The notes under the pieces: model-generated | What the model was told of the DNA's origin: nothing | What the model saw: the letters and a program-made list of their open reading frames with translations, nothing else | Databases searched by the model: none | Shown: one piece after another, positions 1 through 13,850 of the stretch | Position numbering within the stretch: position 1 is the first letter of the stretch | Layout of the letters: each line of letters begins with the position of its first letter | Position numbers and translations under genes: made by a program | Source of the DNA: Octopus sinensis | Taxonomy: Eukaryota | NCBI RefSeq assembly: GCF_006345805.1 | Contig: NC_043004.1 | Location: 59,892,001 to 59,956,000 of the forward strand | DNA length: 64,000 nucleotides | Direction of reading: 5' to 3'

Positions 1-218
1 GGGCAAAGGTAAAAGTATTACCGTAAATTAATACTACAATTTTATATTTTATATTTCTATTTCCTTGTCTAATTATATTTACAATATATTTTGTATAATG
101 CCTTTACAATATATTTTGTATAATGCCTTTATGTAATGGTGTAATAAAGTATTGATTGGGTATCATCTGTTGGTTGATGTTTGATTGATTTAAGTATGTT
201 TCTCCATTTCTAATTTTG

Positions 219-275
<57 letters not shown>
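219..275. repeat. (TA)n microsatellite
   Basis: Uninterrupted TA dinucleotide run. Confidence 0.95.
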
Positions 276-279
<4 letters not shown>

Positions 280-1473
280 AGTATATATAATCCTTTGTCT
301 CTCAGTCCGTATGTTCCAGTGTATTCTCGAACGGCTCAAACAAATCAAATTAAATTTTACATGGTAATACAATCAGACCTATGAATGTCAACATGTAAGC
401 TTTTCTTGTCATTTGGATTAAAACCACGAGAACGAAATCACATTTTGTAAACGACCGTGTATCTGTCTTTGAATGTATGTGTACGGGTGTATGAATGCGT
501 ATACACCTCGCGGTGTGTCTTTCAGCGTTAGGTACATTATTAAACATACTCTATGTATGTGATGGCTGGTCAATATAATTACAAAATTTTATTCTCATTT
601 TGACAATTTTCATTTCGATTAAAACAATATATCCGTACCTTATGAAACACACACACATCTACATATACATATACGAGAGACGTGCGTGAATGTATGGCTT
701 GCGTTTGACTATCTTATTATATGTATGTGAGAGCTGGTCAGTGTCAGTACGAAATTTTATTTTCATTTCCATAAAAACAATATAACATTTGATAGATATA
801 ATATTTCTGTTGTCAACAGGATATTTTATACCACAACGACAACGACATCACATTTTATATATGACTGTGTATCTATCTGTGAGTTATTTTTGTAAGTGCA
901 TGTGTGCGTATATGTGTCATAGAGTGTCTGTCTTTCTGCATTAGGTACGTTGTTAAGGCAAGTCATTATGACTTATTTTTTCAAGTAATTCCTTACTAGA
1001 AATTCTCATGTGACTGCATAGGGTCCCTTTATACATTTTTATTCTACAGCCTCACCAACAATCCAATGTCAACACTTCGCCTTCTGCAACATTTCAACAG
1101 TTCACTTCCCCGTTGCCGTCTGCTATTGCAGCCCATTTCCGGAATGTACCCATTTACGTACAATATTTCCATTACACCACCATTCATTTGACTCTCATCC
1201 ATAAGATGGGTCGTGTTAGAAGCGGTGCTGAAGCCTGAAAGTCGAGAATATCCACTGACAGCATTTTCGGTGGGCTCAAAAGTCACATACTACCCACTCC
1301 CAATCTTCCATGAAAAGCTAGGGACTGGAATCCTCAAAACGGACGTATTACATGTCACTTATTTGAATCAGACCATTTACTCCACAAATATTTTGTCGTC
1401 AATGCTGCACATTCCCGTATTACCTGTTTGAACATAACTGTAATATAATATATACAAAATATACCAATCTAAT

Positions 1474-1502
1474 CCCGAGAAACGCTGGGTATCTCTGCTT
1501 AT
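1474..1502 (+). mobile_element. Degenerate Helitron-type 3' terminus
   Basis: cccgagaaacgctgggtatctctgcttat matches the reverse complement of the Helitron 3' end at 44421-44448 (cccgagcaacgccgggcgatactgctagt) at about 20 of 29 positions; the terminal CTAG is decayed. Confidence 0.4.
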
Positions 1503-2407
1503 ATTAGATAAAGTGTGAGAATATAAAGAAAACACGTCCCTGCCTGGAGCGACTGTTATTTTAGGTCAGCTTTATCGTTGGTAATATGGGAGTAAATGAT
1601 ATAATGCTTGTAACTAGTGATTCATTGCATCGCCAACACTTTTAGAGGAGCAATCAATCCTAATTCTACTATTGTTCACCTTTGTTTTCTTCGCATTCGC
1701 TATTTCATTTTCACAGATTCTCTGTTCTGCATATTTTCTTCTATTGCCTCTCTGCCACATGTTCACGGCACTGAATAGCCAGCATTCCTTTGTTAAACAG
1801 AATGCGTCAATTCAAGACAAGTTATCATGACTGCAACGTGTAAAACAATTAGATATTTATATGCCTCTGTGAGCGTGCAGGCATGTTAAATAAGGAGCAA
1901 TTAAGACGAACATTATTTACAAAATGAATTTCGTGAAATGAAAATTAAATATAGTTACCAAGAATAAATATGCCTGCTGTAAAGTTTTGTCGATAAATTA
2001 TCTGAGAAGAGTTTAAATTCGGTAAAAGAATTAAAAAATTTCCTGAAATCATTGACAGATAATGTATTTATATAATTATATTTACATTAGTCTCTTAATA
2101 GCTTTCGTGTCCAGAGTTGTACGTCATTTCACATTTTTTCTTACAATTGAAAAGCAAAACCAATGGAAAAGAAATTAACTTAGTTATGTAAATAAATTCG
2201 TCTTGCTAAATTGTTATAAATTTACGTACTTTATTATGTTTATATCAAAAAAGTTTATTAAGTACATTACATACGTATGTAAAATTAACAGTCAGCGTGA
2301 AAAACCATATAAGTGAAAACATATATGATTATATCAAGGGCATTACCACGCGTATATGCCTCACGCTATGAGGGATTCTTAAAGTCAAAACTATCATAAT
2401 AGATATA

Positions 2408-3222
2408 CAGTGTACCGACAGAGCGGGAATGCAACTTGGAAGCCATCCCATCAAAACAGATTCAACTGCAAATCATATGATTTCATAGTTAGTGTACATA
2501 ATCCACTTTCTAATCGTCAGTGCAGGCTTAATCAAGACACATAAAAATGAACAAAATTCAACATACTAGAAGAACACCAAGTGTTTCCAACATATCACAG
2601 ATGTTCACACTTATATATCTATGCAAGAGGCGGGCTTCTGAAATTACATCTCGGTACACGTGTATATTCGGAATCGTGGATCTCCGTCGGTTACGACGAC
2701 GAGGGCTCCAGTTGATTCCATCAAATGAACAGCCTGCTCTGAAATTAACGTGGAAGTGGCTGAGTACGCCACAGACACGTGTACCTTTAACGTAGTTCTC
2801 GGGGAGGTTCAGCGTGGCACAAATTGTGAAATGGCTGCCCCTTTGAAATACACGTACAACAGAAACAGGAAGAAAGAGTGAGAGAAAGTTGTGGCGAAAG
2901 AATACAGAAGGGGTCGCCACTCCCAACCCCCTGCTGGAGCCTCTTGGAGCTTCAGGTGTTTTCGCTCAATAAACACTCGCAACGCCCGGTGTGGGAATCG
3001 AAACCGCGATTCTACGACCGCGAGCCAGCTGTCCTAACCACTAGGCCATTGTGCCTCCACATAGTCGGAAAATTCAGCTCAGACTATATTCCGGTTAAAT
3101 TTAAAATTAAATATAGGATAAAATCTATATAAGAATTTACACTATGAAATCATATGATTTGCGGCTGAATCTGTTTTTAGGGGACGGCTTCGAAGTTTTA
3201 TTCCCTAGCACTCGGTACACTG
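2408..3222. mobile_element. Non-autonomous Tc1/mariner-type element (MITE) with ~80-bp TIRs and a nested SINE
   Basis: Left end CAGTGTACCGA...TCATATGATTTCATAGT is an imperfect inverted repeat of the right end ACTATGAAATCATATGA...TCGGTACACTG; TA lies 5' of the left end; no transposase inside. Confidence 0.8.
2853..3060 (-). mobile_element. tRNA-derived SINE, family C
   Basis: Minus strand begins GTGGAGGCACAATGGCCTAGTGGTTAGG (A box) and has GGTTTCGATTCC (B box); body shared with copies at 19596, 54863 and 61385. Confidence 0.85.
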
Positions 3223-3384
3223 TCTATTTATTATGGTAGTTTTGACTTTAAGAGTCCCTCATAGAGTGAGGCATTTACGTGTAGTATTGTCCTTAATATA
3301 TAATAATATAATAAATATTTATACATATGTGCGTGTGTGTGCGCGCGCGTAGGTGTAGTTATGTATTTATGTATATATATATAT

Positions 3385-3607
3385 ACTCTTTTATTTTTTA
3401 CTCTTTTACTTGTTTCAGTCATTTGACTGCGGCCATGCTGGAGCACCGCCTTTAGTCGAGCAAATCGACTCCGGGACTTATTCTTTGTAAGCCCAGTACT
3501 TATTCTATCGGTCTCTTTTGCCGAAACCATAAGTGACGGAGGCGTAAACACACCAGCATCGGTTGTCAAGCAATGCTAGGGGGACAAACACCGACACACA
3601 AACATAT

Positions 3608-3638
<31 letters not shown>

Positions 3639-3806
3639 CATATATACGACAGGCTTCTTTCAGTTTCCGTCTACCAAATCCACCCACAAGGCATTAGTCG
3701 GCGCGGGGCTATAGCAGTAGACACTTGCCCAAGATGCCACGCAGTGGGACTGAACCCGGAAACATGTGGTTGGTTAGCAAGCTACTTACCACACAGCCAC
3801 TCCTGC
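3385..3806 (-). mobile_element. SINE family A, full length, with internal microsatellite
   Basis: GCAGGAGTGGCTGTGTGGTAAG head, GGTTCCGGGTTCAGTCCC B-box-like motif, internal (TA/CA)n, 3' half ending in a GTAAAAGAG-type tail; more than ten copies in the window. Confidence 0.9.
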
Positions 3807-3841
3807 GATATATATATATACATACATATATGTATCTGCAC

Positions 3842-3888
<47 letters not shown>

Positions 3889-4636
3889 ATAGAAGCGAGG
3901 AGCAAAAACAAACTAGAAGAAAGGAAGACGATGAGACGAAGACAACAACATGTGCCGAAGAGCAATATTCATTATCACAATCCATTTAAAGATCTATTAT
4001 AAATTGTTCCATTTGATAAGGCAACTGTATCAGAAATAGTGAAATATGATTAGAAGCCGAAACCCAATAAAATACGAATTGGGAATAGTGAGAAGAGTAA
4101 GATAACAACAACAACAACAACAACAACAGCAATAATAAGAATAATAATAAAAAGACATTAATTGGGATAAAGTATGTTTTATTAAGAAGGTGTGAAATGA
4201 AAGAGAAAATAATGTCCAGGATTTCTTTGGCGCACGAATTAATTTGTAATTAAGACTTTGAATTGGCAAATGCAGTGTGACTTAATTAGACAGTAATACC
4301 ACCAACCGATAGACTTGATGCTAATTGTTTAAGAAATTAGTCGCAAGTAATTAGCCACTAGTTGTCAAACAGCCGCGCTAATGAATGCAGCAAGCTTAGC
4401 GGTAGTAACATCACTTTTGTATTGGGTGACGATGTCAAGAAATGATTTAATAGTTAACAATGTGGTTTCTGATGAAAATTACGCGGTGGTGAAATACTAT
4501 ATTTTGAAATAGTTGCAGCTTCCATCTTTTCTTTTCCATGCATATTCAATTTTATATTTAAATCTACCATACAAATATCTGCTTTTGTTTTCTTTTATCT
4601 CATTTCATTTTATTATTTTCAATTATACTTTTCCTG

Positions 4637-4887
<251 letters not shown>

Positions 4888-5571
4888 TTCAATAATTGTC
4901 CAATGTAATATTATCGATTACTTGATTTAGAGTCGGTTCTTTCGTGTAACTAAGTCCTGTACGGCTGATTCAGTTTGTAATGTTGATGGCCGACGAAAAC
5001 TTATTGCGAACATATTCACAATGTATTATTTTAACACTTCAAAGGCATGACGGCTGAGTGAAATTGTTTGGCAAATAAAGACCTAGTATGTTCTGGAAAT
5101 CTACATGGATTATTTAATACTGCGTCTAAGGAAATTATGAAGATATACTTCCAAATATCAGGAATATGAGTGAAATAGGTATCAGTATATTCAGACTGTA
5201 TTTGGACGATCTCGTATGCAAGATCAAGAGGAAAATGATGAGAACTGGAGATAGTTGACTGAAATAACACAAAATAACCATCTTCCCTACAAGCGCTGAA
5301 ACAACAGTAGACTACTGATTTCCGGGAACATGTAATACTTACCCGGGAATCATTAAATAGTCATTTGTTGATTTGGTGCCGTTGCTTTTGTTATTGTTGA
5401 TTACCAAATATCAGACCTCATCATGTAGGCTATGTTGCAAATTGAGGATCAAACACAAGTAATCACATTAACAAATAGTAACCTGACGGAACAATGTTAA
5501 GCTACAATATGGTAACCTAATTTATTGATGGTCACCTGTAAAAAGTGAAAGCTTAACCGTATAAATTTAAA

Positions 5572-5734
5572 CAGGAGTGGTGTGTGGTAAGCAGCTTTCC
5601 TACCAACTACATGGTTCTCGGTTCAGTCCCACTGCGTGGTACCTTGGGTAATTGTCTTCTACTATAGCCTCGGGTCGACCAAAGCCTTGTGAGTAAGTGG
5701 ATTTGGTAGACGGAGACTGAAAGAAGCCCGTCGT
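5572..5734 (+). mobile_element. SINE family A, 5' half
   Basis: caggagtgg...aaagaagcccgtcg followed by (TA)n; 3' half absent. Confidence 0.85.
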
Positions 5735-6409
5735 ATATAAATATATATATATATATATATATAAGTTCAGCAAAATTTAGATTCAGATGAATACGGTACT
5801 TAAGTCAAAGGCACTAGAATTTTGTATGGTATTATCCATATAAATCCGTGGGGTGATTACAATCAAAATAAGCAACAAGTATATCCGAGGTAATGTAGTA
5901 CGATCGTTTCATGCTACTTCATTTTATTAAACACTGTAAGCATTACATCAGTTTTAAAATATCGAGCAACCTTCAGCTACCATTAGACATTTTCCAATCA
6001 AACGGACAATGCACATTCTGATCCCTATTTCGTTTGCCAACATTATAAAGAGGGTAGATATACAGCCACAGAGGTTGAATTCATTCTTAACAACATGAGA
6101 GTATTAAATCTATTCTCTGACTGTAGATTCTAACTTTCTTATTTAGATCTATCAGTAGCGAGGGGGATTTTTGGTTGGATGGAGCCAAAGAATTTTTCTT
6201 TTTATAGATTTAGGAAGGGGTAGAACAAATGTCAAATCCAATAAATCTGTTCCTATTCAGATACATTCCAGTCCAGATACATTTGAATGCACTAAGCAAA
6301 AGCTAGTATGTTGAAGTTAGAGGGGTAGGGGAAGATAGACTATTAATGCACTAGAGATATTAATGTCTATTACCAATTTGACATCTAGATTCTATATTAA
6401 GAAATTTGC

Positions 6410-6833
6410 GCAAGAGTGGCTGTGTGATAAGTAGCTTGCTAACCAACCACATGGTTCCGGGTTCAGCCCCACTGCGTTGCATCTTGGGCAAGTGTCTTCT
6501 GCTATATCCCCGGGCCGACCAATGCCTTGTGAATGGATTTAGTTGACGGAAACTGAAAGAAGCCTGTCGTATATATGTATATATATGTATATATGTGTAT
6601 GTGTGTGTGTTTGTGTGTGTGTGTTTGTCCCCCTAGCATTGCTTGACAACCGATGCTGGTGTGTTTACGTCCCCGTCACTTATGGTTTCGGCAAAAGAGA
6701 CCGATAGAATAAGTACTGGGCTTACAAAGAATAAGTCCCGGGGTCGATTTGCTGGACTAAAGGTGGTGCTCCAGCATGGCCGCAGTCAAATGACTGAAAT
6801 AAGTAAAAGAGTAAAAAAGAGAGAGTAAAGAGT
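6410..6833 (+). mobile_element. SINE family A, full length
   Basis: Same head, internal microsatellite and tail as the other copies. Confidence 0.9.
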
Positions 6834-6959
6834 ATATTTTAGACAATTCTCAAAATGATTTCAGCAAACATTATTATATTATCCAGGGAATCTAATATAG
6901 GGATAAATAATATAGAAATCATTTCATATTTATATAAATATATATATATATATATATCT

Positions 6960-7395
6960 ATTTCCATTAATATATAATCATAATTAGCTAGTAAATGGTG
7001 ATTATTTTAATGAGTTTAATTAAAAGAAAATGTTAGAACTAATACTTACTAACCGTGGAAAAATCATTATTAATTTAGTACATATATTAGGAGTCAATAG
7101 GATATATTCAAAAATAATAGGAAGGGAAGTAATGAAGATGAACTAAATAATTTCTCTAGATATATAGAATTATTTGTGATTATTTCATATTTAAATATCC
7201 CCATTTCCATTAATATAGAATCATAATTAGCTAGTAATTGGTGATTTATTTTATTAATGAGTCGAATTAAAAGAATATGTTAGACATAATATTTACTACC
7301 CGCGGAGAAAAAACTTTATCAATTAAATGAATATATTACGAGTAAATAATATATAATAAAAAGTAATGCAAGGGAGGTAAACAAGATTAACTAAG
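6960..7395. repeat. Diverged tandem duplication, period about 243 bp
   Basis: atttccattaatata(t/g)aatcataattagctagtaa(a/t)tggtgatt...aattaaaagaa(a/t)atgttaga occurs near 6960 and near 7203. Confidence 0.8.
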
Positions 7396-9235
7396 AATAG
7401 AGAATAATAAGTACCTTGCTAAAATAATTTTGGAGAAGATCACGAATGATAAAAATGGACACACCAAATAATAAATGCAGTGTTAGATCAGCAAAAGAAT
7501 GAGATCATCACGCAATTATTTTACAGCTCTTATGTTGATAAATCCAAGTTGGTAAACTATGCAAGATTCCAGGGATTACCTGCTTGAATAAACAGCAAGA
7601 TATTGGGGTGAATTAAAGTACTTGCAATGGGCCCCATTCAACAATGATATACAGAACACACACAATGTTAGGCTGAAGTGTAGAAATCAAGCATAACAGG
7701 GTGGTATGAATTAAAATTGCTATTCTTTTATGAAATCTATAACCCCTAAAAAGTGTGTTGGCCGACTGTTTTAAATTGTCTTTTATGTACCGGATTAAAA
7801 AGACAAAAAAGCTTTTGTGCTCATTGTCTTTCGCATCAAATTTAAATTACAGCGTGTCACAATTATGATCAGAATCATCTTATATTTAGCCATCTAATCT
7901 GTTTTATTTTTCAAAAGGGAAGAAATATGTGTCTGCGTTATATTTATAAAAAGAATGTAGGAGAAATTTTTCTGGTATTCCAAGCTCTTTGAGGAACTAC
8001 TTTCAGGTTTTCTCGTTGTCCCATCGCCATAAAATAAACTGCAAGAACAAAAACATTTGAAAACTTCATGACACTAATGATTGCTATGAGAATTTTGGTA
8101 ACATGGATTGATGATTACTTAACCATGTGCAGTAGTAAATGAAATCTTCATGTAAATGAAATCTTCGCGAAACCTTTTGTTACTAATCGCTCATTAGAAA
8201 ACGGCTATATCTCTTCTGATTCTGAGTTACCTACTAAAGTTCTTAAAATCAACTACTTTTCAAAATCAATCTCATGAGTAAGGGCAACGCTCTCTTCGCT
8301 ATTCACTCAAACACTTTCAAACGAAACGTAAAACGTAAACCACACCAATCAAACAGAGAGATGGTAAGGAATGTTACATATATTAGTACAGAATGAAATG
8401 TCAAACCATGCTCCTCCTTGTTTCTTGAAAATAGAAAAAATATTGTAAGTAAGGAAGCAGACGTAATTCGAAATGTAAAGGTATGAAAAGTAACGAATAA
8501 ATAGAATTAAATGTGGGAGTCGAAATAGAAAGATAGTCCCATTAATTTGCTGATGGATGGCATTGCTATCCTTCGCTAATAGTTGGAGATAAAAGAGAAA
8601 TATACTTATTGCAAGATATTGTATTAGATTTTAAAGAGCTATGACTAATTTCCTCTTGTAATAATTGACAGATCTTACAAATGTTTATAGCCATAATTCT
8701 ATTTTTGAAAATATATCCGACATTTGACCGGCAAGTTGCTGAAGTGTGTAAAGATATAATTTTCCTTTTGAATCTATATCAGCGTATGCGTGACCAAGTG
8801 TCTATCTTTGTGTGTATTCGTAACTTCTAGCCTCTGAATTCCTATACAAGTACTGAATTTAACTTATGACTTCTACAGACAGAACCTTATTCCTTGCAAA
8901 AATAGATTATGTATATTGATGTGTATGTGTAGCGGTGTAAAAAATGTTCGAATATATACATAGTGAACGGAATTAGTAAAGGGACTCAAACAACGATATC
9001 GGGGACAGATTGCCCAGATTTTTGTATTACCATCAGCTTAACTTCCTGGATTTGAAATATCAAAAGACTTTCCATTTCTATAATCAGACAAACGTAGAGG
9101 ATCAGGAAAATACAGGATATACTTTCAAATAAAAACGAGACAATTTAAATGTATATACACACAAAAAAAAAATCGCATCACACACACAGAGGCGCGCGCA
9201 CGGATGTTCACATATTATATATGAATAGTTAATGA

Positions 9236-9466
9236 GGCGGCGAGCTGGCAGAAACGTTAGCACACCGGGCGAAATGCGTAGCCGTATTTCATCTGTCCTT
9301 ACGTTCCGAGTTCAAGTTCCGCCGAGGTCGACTTTGCCTTTCATCCTTTCGGTGTCGATATATTAAGCACCAGTTACGCACTTGGGTCGATGTAATCGAC
9401 TTAATCTCTTTGTCTGTCCTTGTTTGTCCCCTCTGTGTTTGGCCCCTTGTGGGTAGTAAAGAAATA
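9236..9466 (+). mobile_element. tRNA-derived SINE family B, full length
   Basis: GGCGGCGAGCTGGCAGAAACGTTAG head, GAGTTCAAGTTCC B box, central GACTTTGCCTTTCATCCTTTCGG block; copies at 38316, 46409 and 51362. Confidence 0.9.
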
Positions 9467-11453
9467 TATATATGAATACTTACGTATATGTGTGTGATGT
9501 CTGTGTGTTTGAGTGTGTGTGAGTGTGTGTCCGTGTAGGAAATAAGAATCATATGGATGAATATTTCTGTGTAACGTTACACTTTTCCATAACATGTGTA
9601 ACGTTTATTCAAAACACAAGTACAGTTCTATAACTTAATGTTACATATTGTGTAACAATAAACCTGTCGGAGAGCGATCGATACGTAGCTTGCTTTTCTC
9701 AGCCCCACGGGCAGCGGAACCTGGGATGGTATCTGGAGAAGAAGTTAGAGCAAGTGACTGCCCATTTGAGGATCCTGCCTCCACCGAACGGGAAAATTGT
9801 CTTATCGTCCGGCCTTCTATCGTCCTCCACTGTCCAGCACCGCTAGATCGAACTGGAAGGGAAGCCTGCGGCGTCGAGGCCATGCTTTACGTTCAGAGTT
9901 GAGAGTTTAAATTCTGCTGAGGTTGATTTTTCCTCCCATCATTCCGGGGTCGATACAAAACATCCTGGCCTTATGCCAAAACATAAACCAATATGTAACA
10001 TTTTGCGTTTTTACTTAATACCATTCCTTCTGGTGATAAACATACGCAAATTTTCAGATGATGATTTGCCATAGAGTTTATCAATATATGGTAAACTCCA
10101 TGATGGATGGAATATTTAGCGTAAAACTTAATGAATAAGAAGAATACAACGTCGGGTGCATATATTCAGAATAAAGGAATGCTCTTTACCCTGAATGAGT
10201 TGAGCAGAGACATTTCAAAGATGACTGAATATTTGCGATTGTGAACGATACACATCAATATACATAATCTATTCTTGCAAGGAATAAGGTTCTGTCTGTA
10301 GAAGTCATAAGTTAAATTCAGTACTTGTATAGGAATTCAGAGGTTAGAAGTTACGAATACACACAAATATACACACTTGGTCACGTATACGCTGATATAA
10401 TTGGGCGTGTGAGCTTACATATATATTCATATTCTTTATGCGACAAGAATATAGCAAGTTCGAAAGAATATGAAATAAGTTATTTTTATTGTTCCATCTC
10501 GAAATAGATAATACTATCTTATAAATGTTTGGTTAACAAAACGTTTGGATAGGAAAATTAGAAGGCTGTTGTCACTGGAACGCGAATGTACATCTATAAA
10601 CATAATAGTTGTTCAACCAATAGACAAGGCAATCCTTCGAATGTTTAACTATTTCAGAGTCTTTCACCATACCAGAAGCAGGTGTAAGTTGTGTATATCA
10701 TAAGAATCTAGAACCCCCAAAAGAATGTGAAATAGTTCGTTTTCATCAGTGAAACGTATAGTAAGTGTAATTATTAGAAGCATTAGCGTGGAAATAAAAC
10801 TATAAGGTATACTTTATAGCTTTATATACTACGAGTTCCAACAATAAAACCAAATTATACGTATGCACGTATATGTGTATATAATTATATGTGCATATGT
10901 ATATGTGTGTGTATTTATATGTGAAAATCTATGATATATCTATGACTATCACTCTGTCTATTTATCTATCTACCAAATCTTTCTATACATCCATACACAG
11001 CCATACAAATATACAAGAATGTGTGTGTGAATGTGTGTGTGCGTGTTATTCTTGAGGTAGAATCTGATGTTCATCAGGTAACAACTTCGAACTCACTGTT
11101 AAACATTTCATTGTAAAATTTACAAAAATATGTGAACCCTACTCATATTTTTCGTGTGTGTTTCTCATTGTGTTTGTATATATAAATGTTTTTGAAAGTG
11201 CCATTATTATTGGAGGCAACCACAAGTCTTATCTCATAACCAATACTTCATTTTACTACATAATTCATATCAAGTATTGGCCTAGAAACGGGCAATGCAG
11301 AAAAAGTGGACTGTTAGCGGAAATTATCCTCTCCAAGAGCAGAAATCTTGCTACGAAGCAAATAAACATACATGTTTATATAAGCATATAAGTACATACA
11401 TATGTATATATGCATGTACAAATGTGTCTACATACATGTGTGTGTTTTTATAT

Positions 11454-11458
<5 letters not shown>

Positions 11459-11544
<86 letters not shown>

Positions 11545-11562
11545 TCTGTGTGTATGTGTGCG
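11459..11562. repeat. (TG)n microsatellite
   Basis: Read directly from the sequence. Confidence 0.95.
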
Positions 11563-12030
11563 TGTGACAGTAAGTGATTGAGAGTTTCTCATTGTAAACA
11601 TGAATTTATATGTGCGCAAATGTGTATTGGAATTTTAGAGGTCTGCAAATTTAATTGAAGGTCATAAGTTCAAAGAGGAATTATGTTTAAGAATAATTGT
11701 TTGCACGAAGAATTCTGGATAGGCAATTTGTGAGTTGAGCAATAAACGATTTATTAAAACAATAAAAAGGAAAAACTAAAATAAAAAAAAAGAACGGTAA
11801 GTAGAAGAAAAAACAAAACAAATAAAAATGAAGTAAGGACAGTAAAAGGAGATAAACGTAGTGCCTTTCTAGAATGTTTTTGCAGAAGTCTGTGATGCTG
11901 AAATATATTTTCGGATAATCATTCTGAGAAATGCGAATGTTTGTGTTTGTGAACAAGTTCTTATTCACGCCGAACGTTAGCATCACAAACACATGCGCGC
12001 GCACACACATACACACCCGCACACGTACAC

Positions 12031-12064
<34 letters not shown>

Positions 12065-12195
12065 GATTAGAGAGACAGAGAGTGAGAGAGAGGCATAGAG
12101 AGGAAAAATCGATATAGATACGTAAACAAAAGCTAACATCAAATCAACACGAAAGTATATACATAAAATTATATAAATTCACAATTATATAGACA

Positions 12196-12585
12196 CAGGA
12201 GTAGTTGTGTGGTAAGACGCCTGCTTCTCAACCACATGGTTCCAAGTTCAGTCTCACTGCGTGCAGCCATAGGTAACTGTCTTCTGCCATACCCTCGGGC
12301 CGACCCAAGCCTTTTGATTGGATTTAGTAGACGGAAACTGAAAGAAGCCCGTCGTATATATATATATATATAATTATATTAAATTAGAGATAAAAACCAC
12401 TATTAGGCAAATCAAACAGTGAAAAAATAAGCCAGCCTAATAGTGGTTTTATCTCTAATTTAATATAATTTAATATAATATAATATAATATAATATATAT
12501 ACTATAAAATTGGATTTAATCCTAAATCTAATTTTTTCCTGTAGGTTTGGATTTATTCCCTAATATTATTATTATATATACATAT

Positions 12586-12644
<59 letters not shown>

Positions 12645-12846
12645 GTGTGCGGGTGTTTTCCCCCGCCATCGCTTGACAACCGATGTTGGTCTGTTTGCGT
12701 CCCCGTAACCTAGCAGTTCAATAAAACAGACCGATAGAATAAGTACTAGACTTACAAAGAATAAGTCCTGGGGTACATTTGTTCGACGAAAGGCAGTAAT
12801 CCAGCATGGCTGCAGTCAAATTAGTGAAACAATTAAAAGAAAAGAA
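12196..12846 (+). mobile_element. SINE family A split by an insertion in its internal TA tract
   Basis: 5' half at 12196-12355, 3' half at about 12645-12846, foreign AT-rich hairpin sequence between. Confidence 0.8.
12372..12470. repeat. Near-perfect inverted repeat (36/37-bp arms, 26-bp spacer)
   Basis: aattatattaaattagagataaaaaccactattaggc versus gcctaatagtggttttatctctaatttaatataatt; one indel. Confidence 0.9.
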
Positions 12847-13007
12847 AACTTTTTTTAAATATGAAATATTAAGATTCAGTTGAATTAGGTACTTAAAATG
12901 AGGCACCTACGTCGGTATAATCCGCAGACCCAAACAATATTAATTGTACATTGATTATTTACATTATTTATTTTCGATGGACATGTGTCCTCATCTTGTT
13001 TGTTGTT

Positions 13008-13052
13008 AACATAACGTTTCGACTGATATACCCTCCAGTTTCTTCAGGTGTC
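13008..13052 (-). ncRNA. Degenerate type I hammerhead ribozyme motif
   Basis: Minus: GACAC CUGAAGA A ACUG-(10 nt)-CAGU C GAAAC GU U AUGUU; core intact, base of stem II and first pair of stem I mismatched. Confidence 0.55.
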
Positions 13053-13440
13053 TTGTGAAAATTTCGAACCTGGATTCTCATTGCAAAATAATGTAAATAA
13101 TGTATATCATTCCTCATCTCTTAAATATAGAACTGTATTAAATATTGATTATCAAGCCTCCGTGCAGAGATACATTGTACCCGTTATTCCTGCCGTGTGT
13201 GCGGACATCACAACCAAGGAATGTGAAGATCTCCGCTGTTGGTGATTCAGACAAGGACTAAAGGAGACGTAATTAATTAATTGAAAAAGCCGTAATTAAT
13301 TGACACCTGTACATCTTTGTAACTCATATATATATGTATATATATATATATATATAGATATATATATATATATATAATATATATATATATATATTATATA
13401 TATATAATATATATATAATATAATATATATATATATATAT

Positions 13441-13850
13441 AGGAGTAGCTCTGTGGGGTAAGTAGCTTGCTTACCAACCACATGGTTCCGGGTTCAGTCC
13501 CACTGCGTGGCATCCTGGGCAAGTGTCATCTGCTATAGCCTCAGGCCGACCGATGCCTTCTGAGTGGATTTGGTTGACGGAAACTGAAAGAAGCTCGTCG
13601 CATATATATGTATATATATGTATTTGTGTACGAGTGTCTGTGTTTGTCCCCCTAGCATTGATTGACAACCGATGCTGCTGTGTTTACGTTCCCGTCACTT
13701 AGCGGTTCGGCAAAAGAGAGCGATAGAATAAGTACTGGGCTTACAAAGAATAAGTCCCGGGGTCGATTTGCTCGACTGAAGGCGGTGCTCCAGCATGGCC
13801 GCAGTCAAATGACTGAAACAAGTAAAAGAGAAAAAGAGAAAGAGAAAGAG
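13441..13850 (+). mobile_element. SINE family A, full length
   Basis: Head, internal TA tract and 3' half present. Confidence 0.9.

Noticed and set aside
4468-4505. Plus-strand CUGAUGA...GAAAU
   Set aside because: Weak G-U-rich stem II and no stem I.
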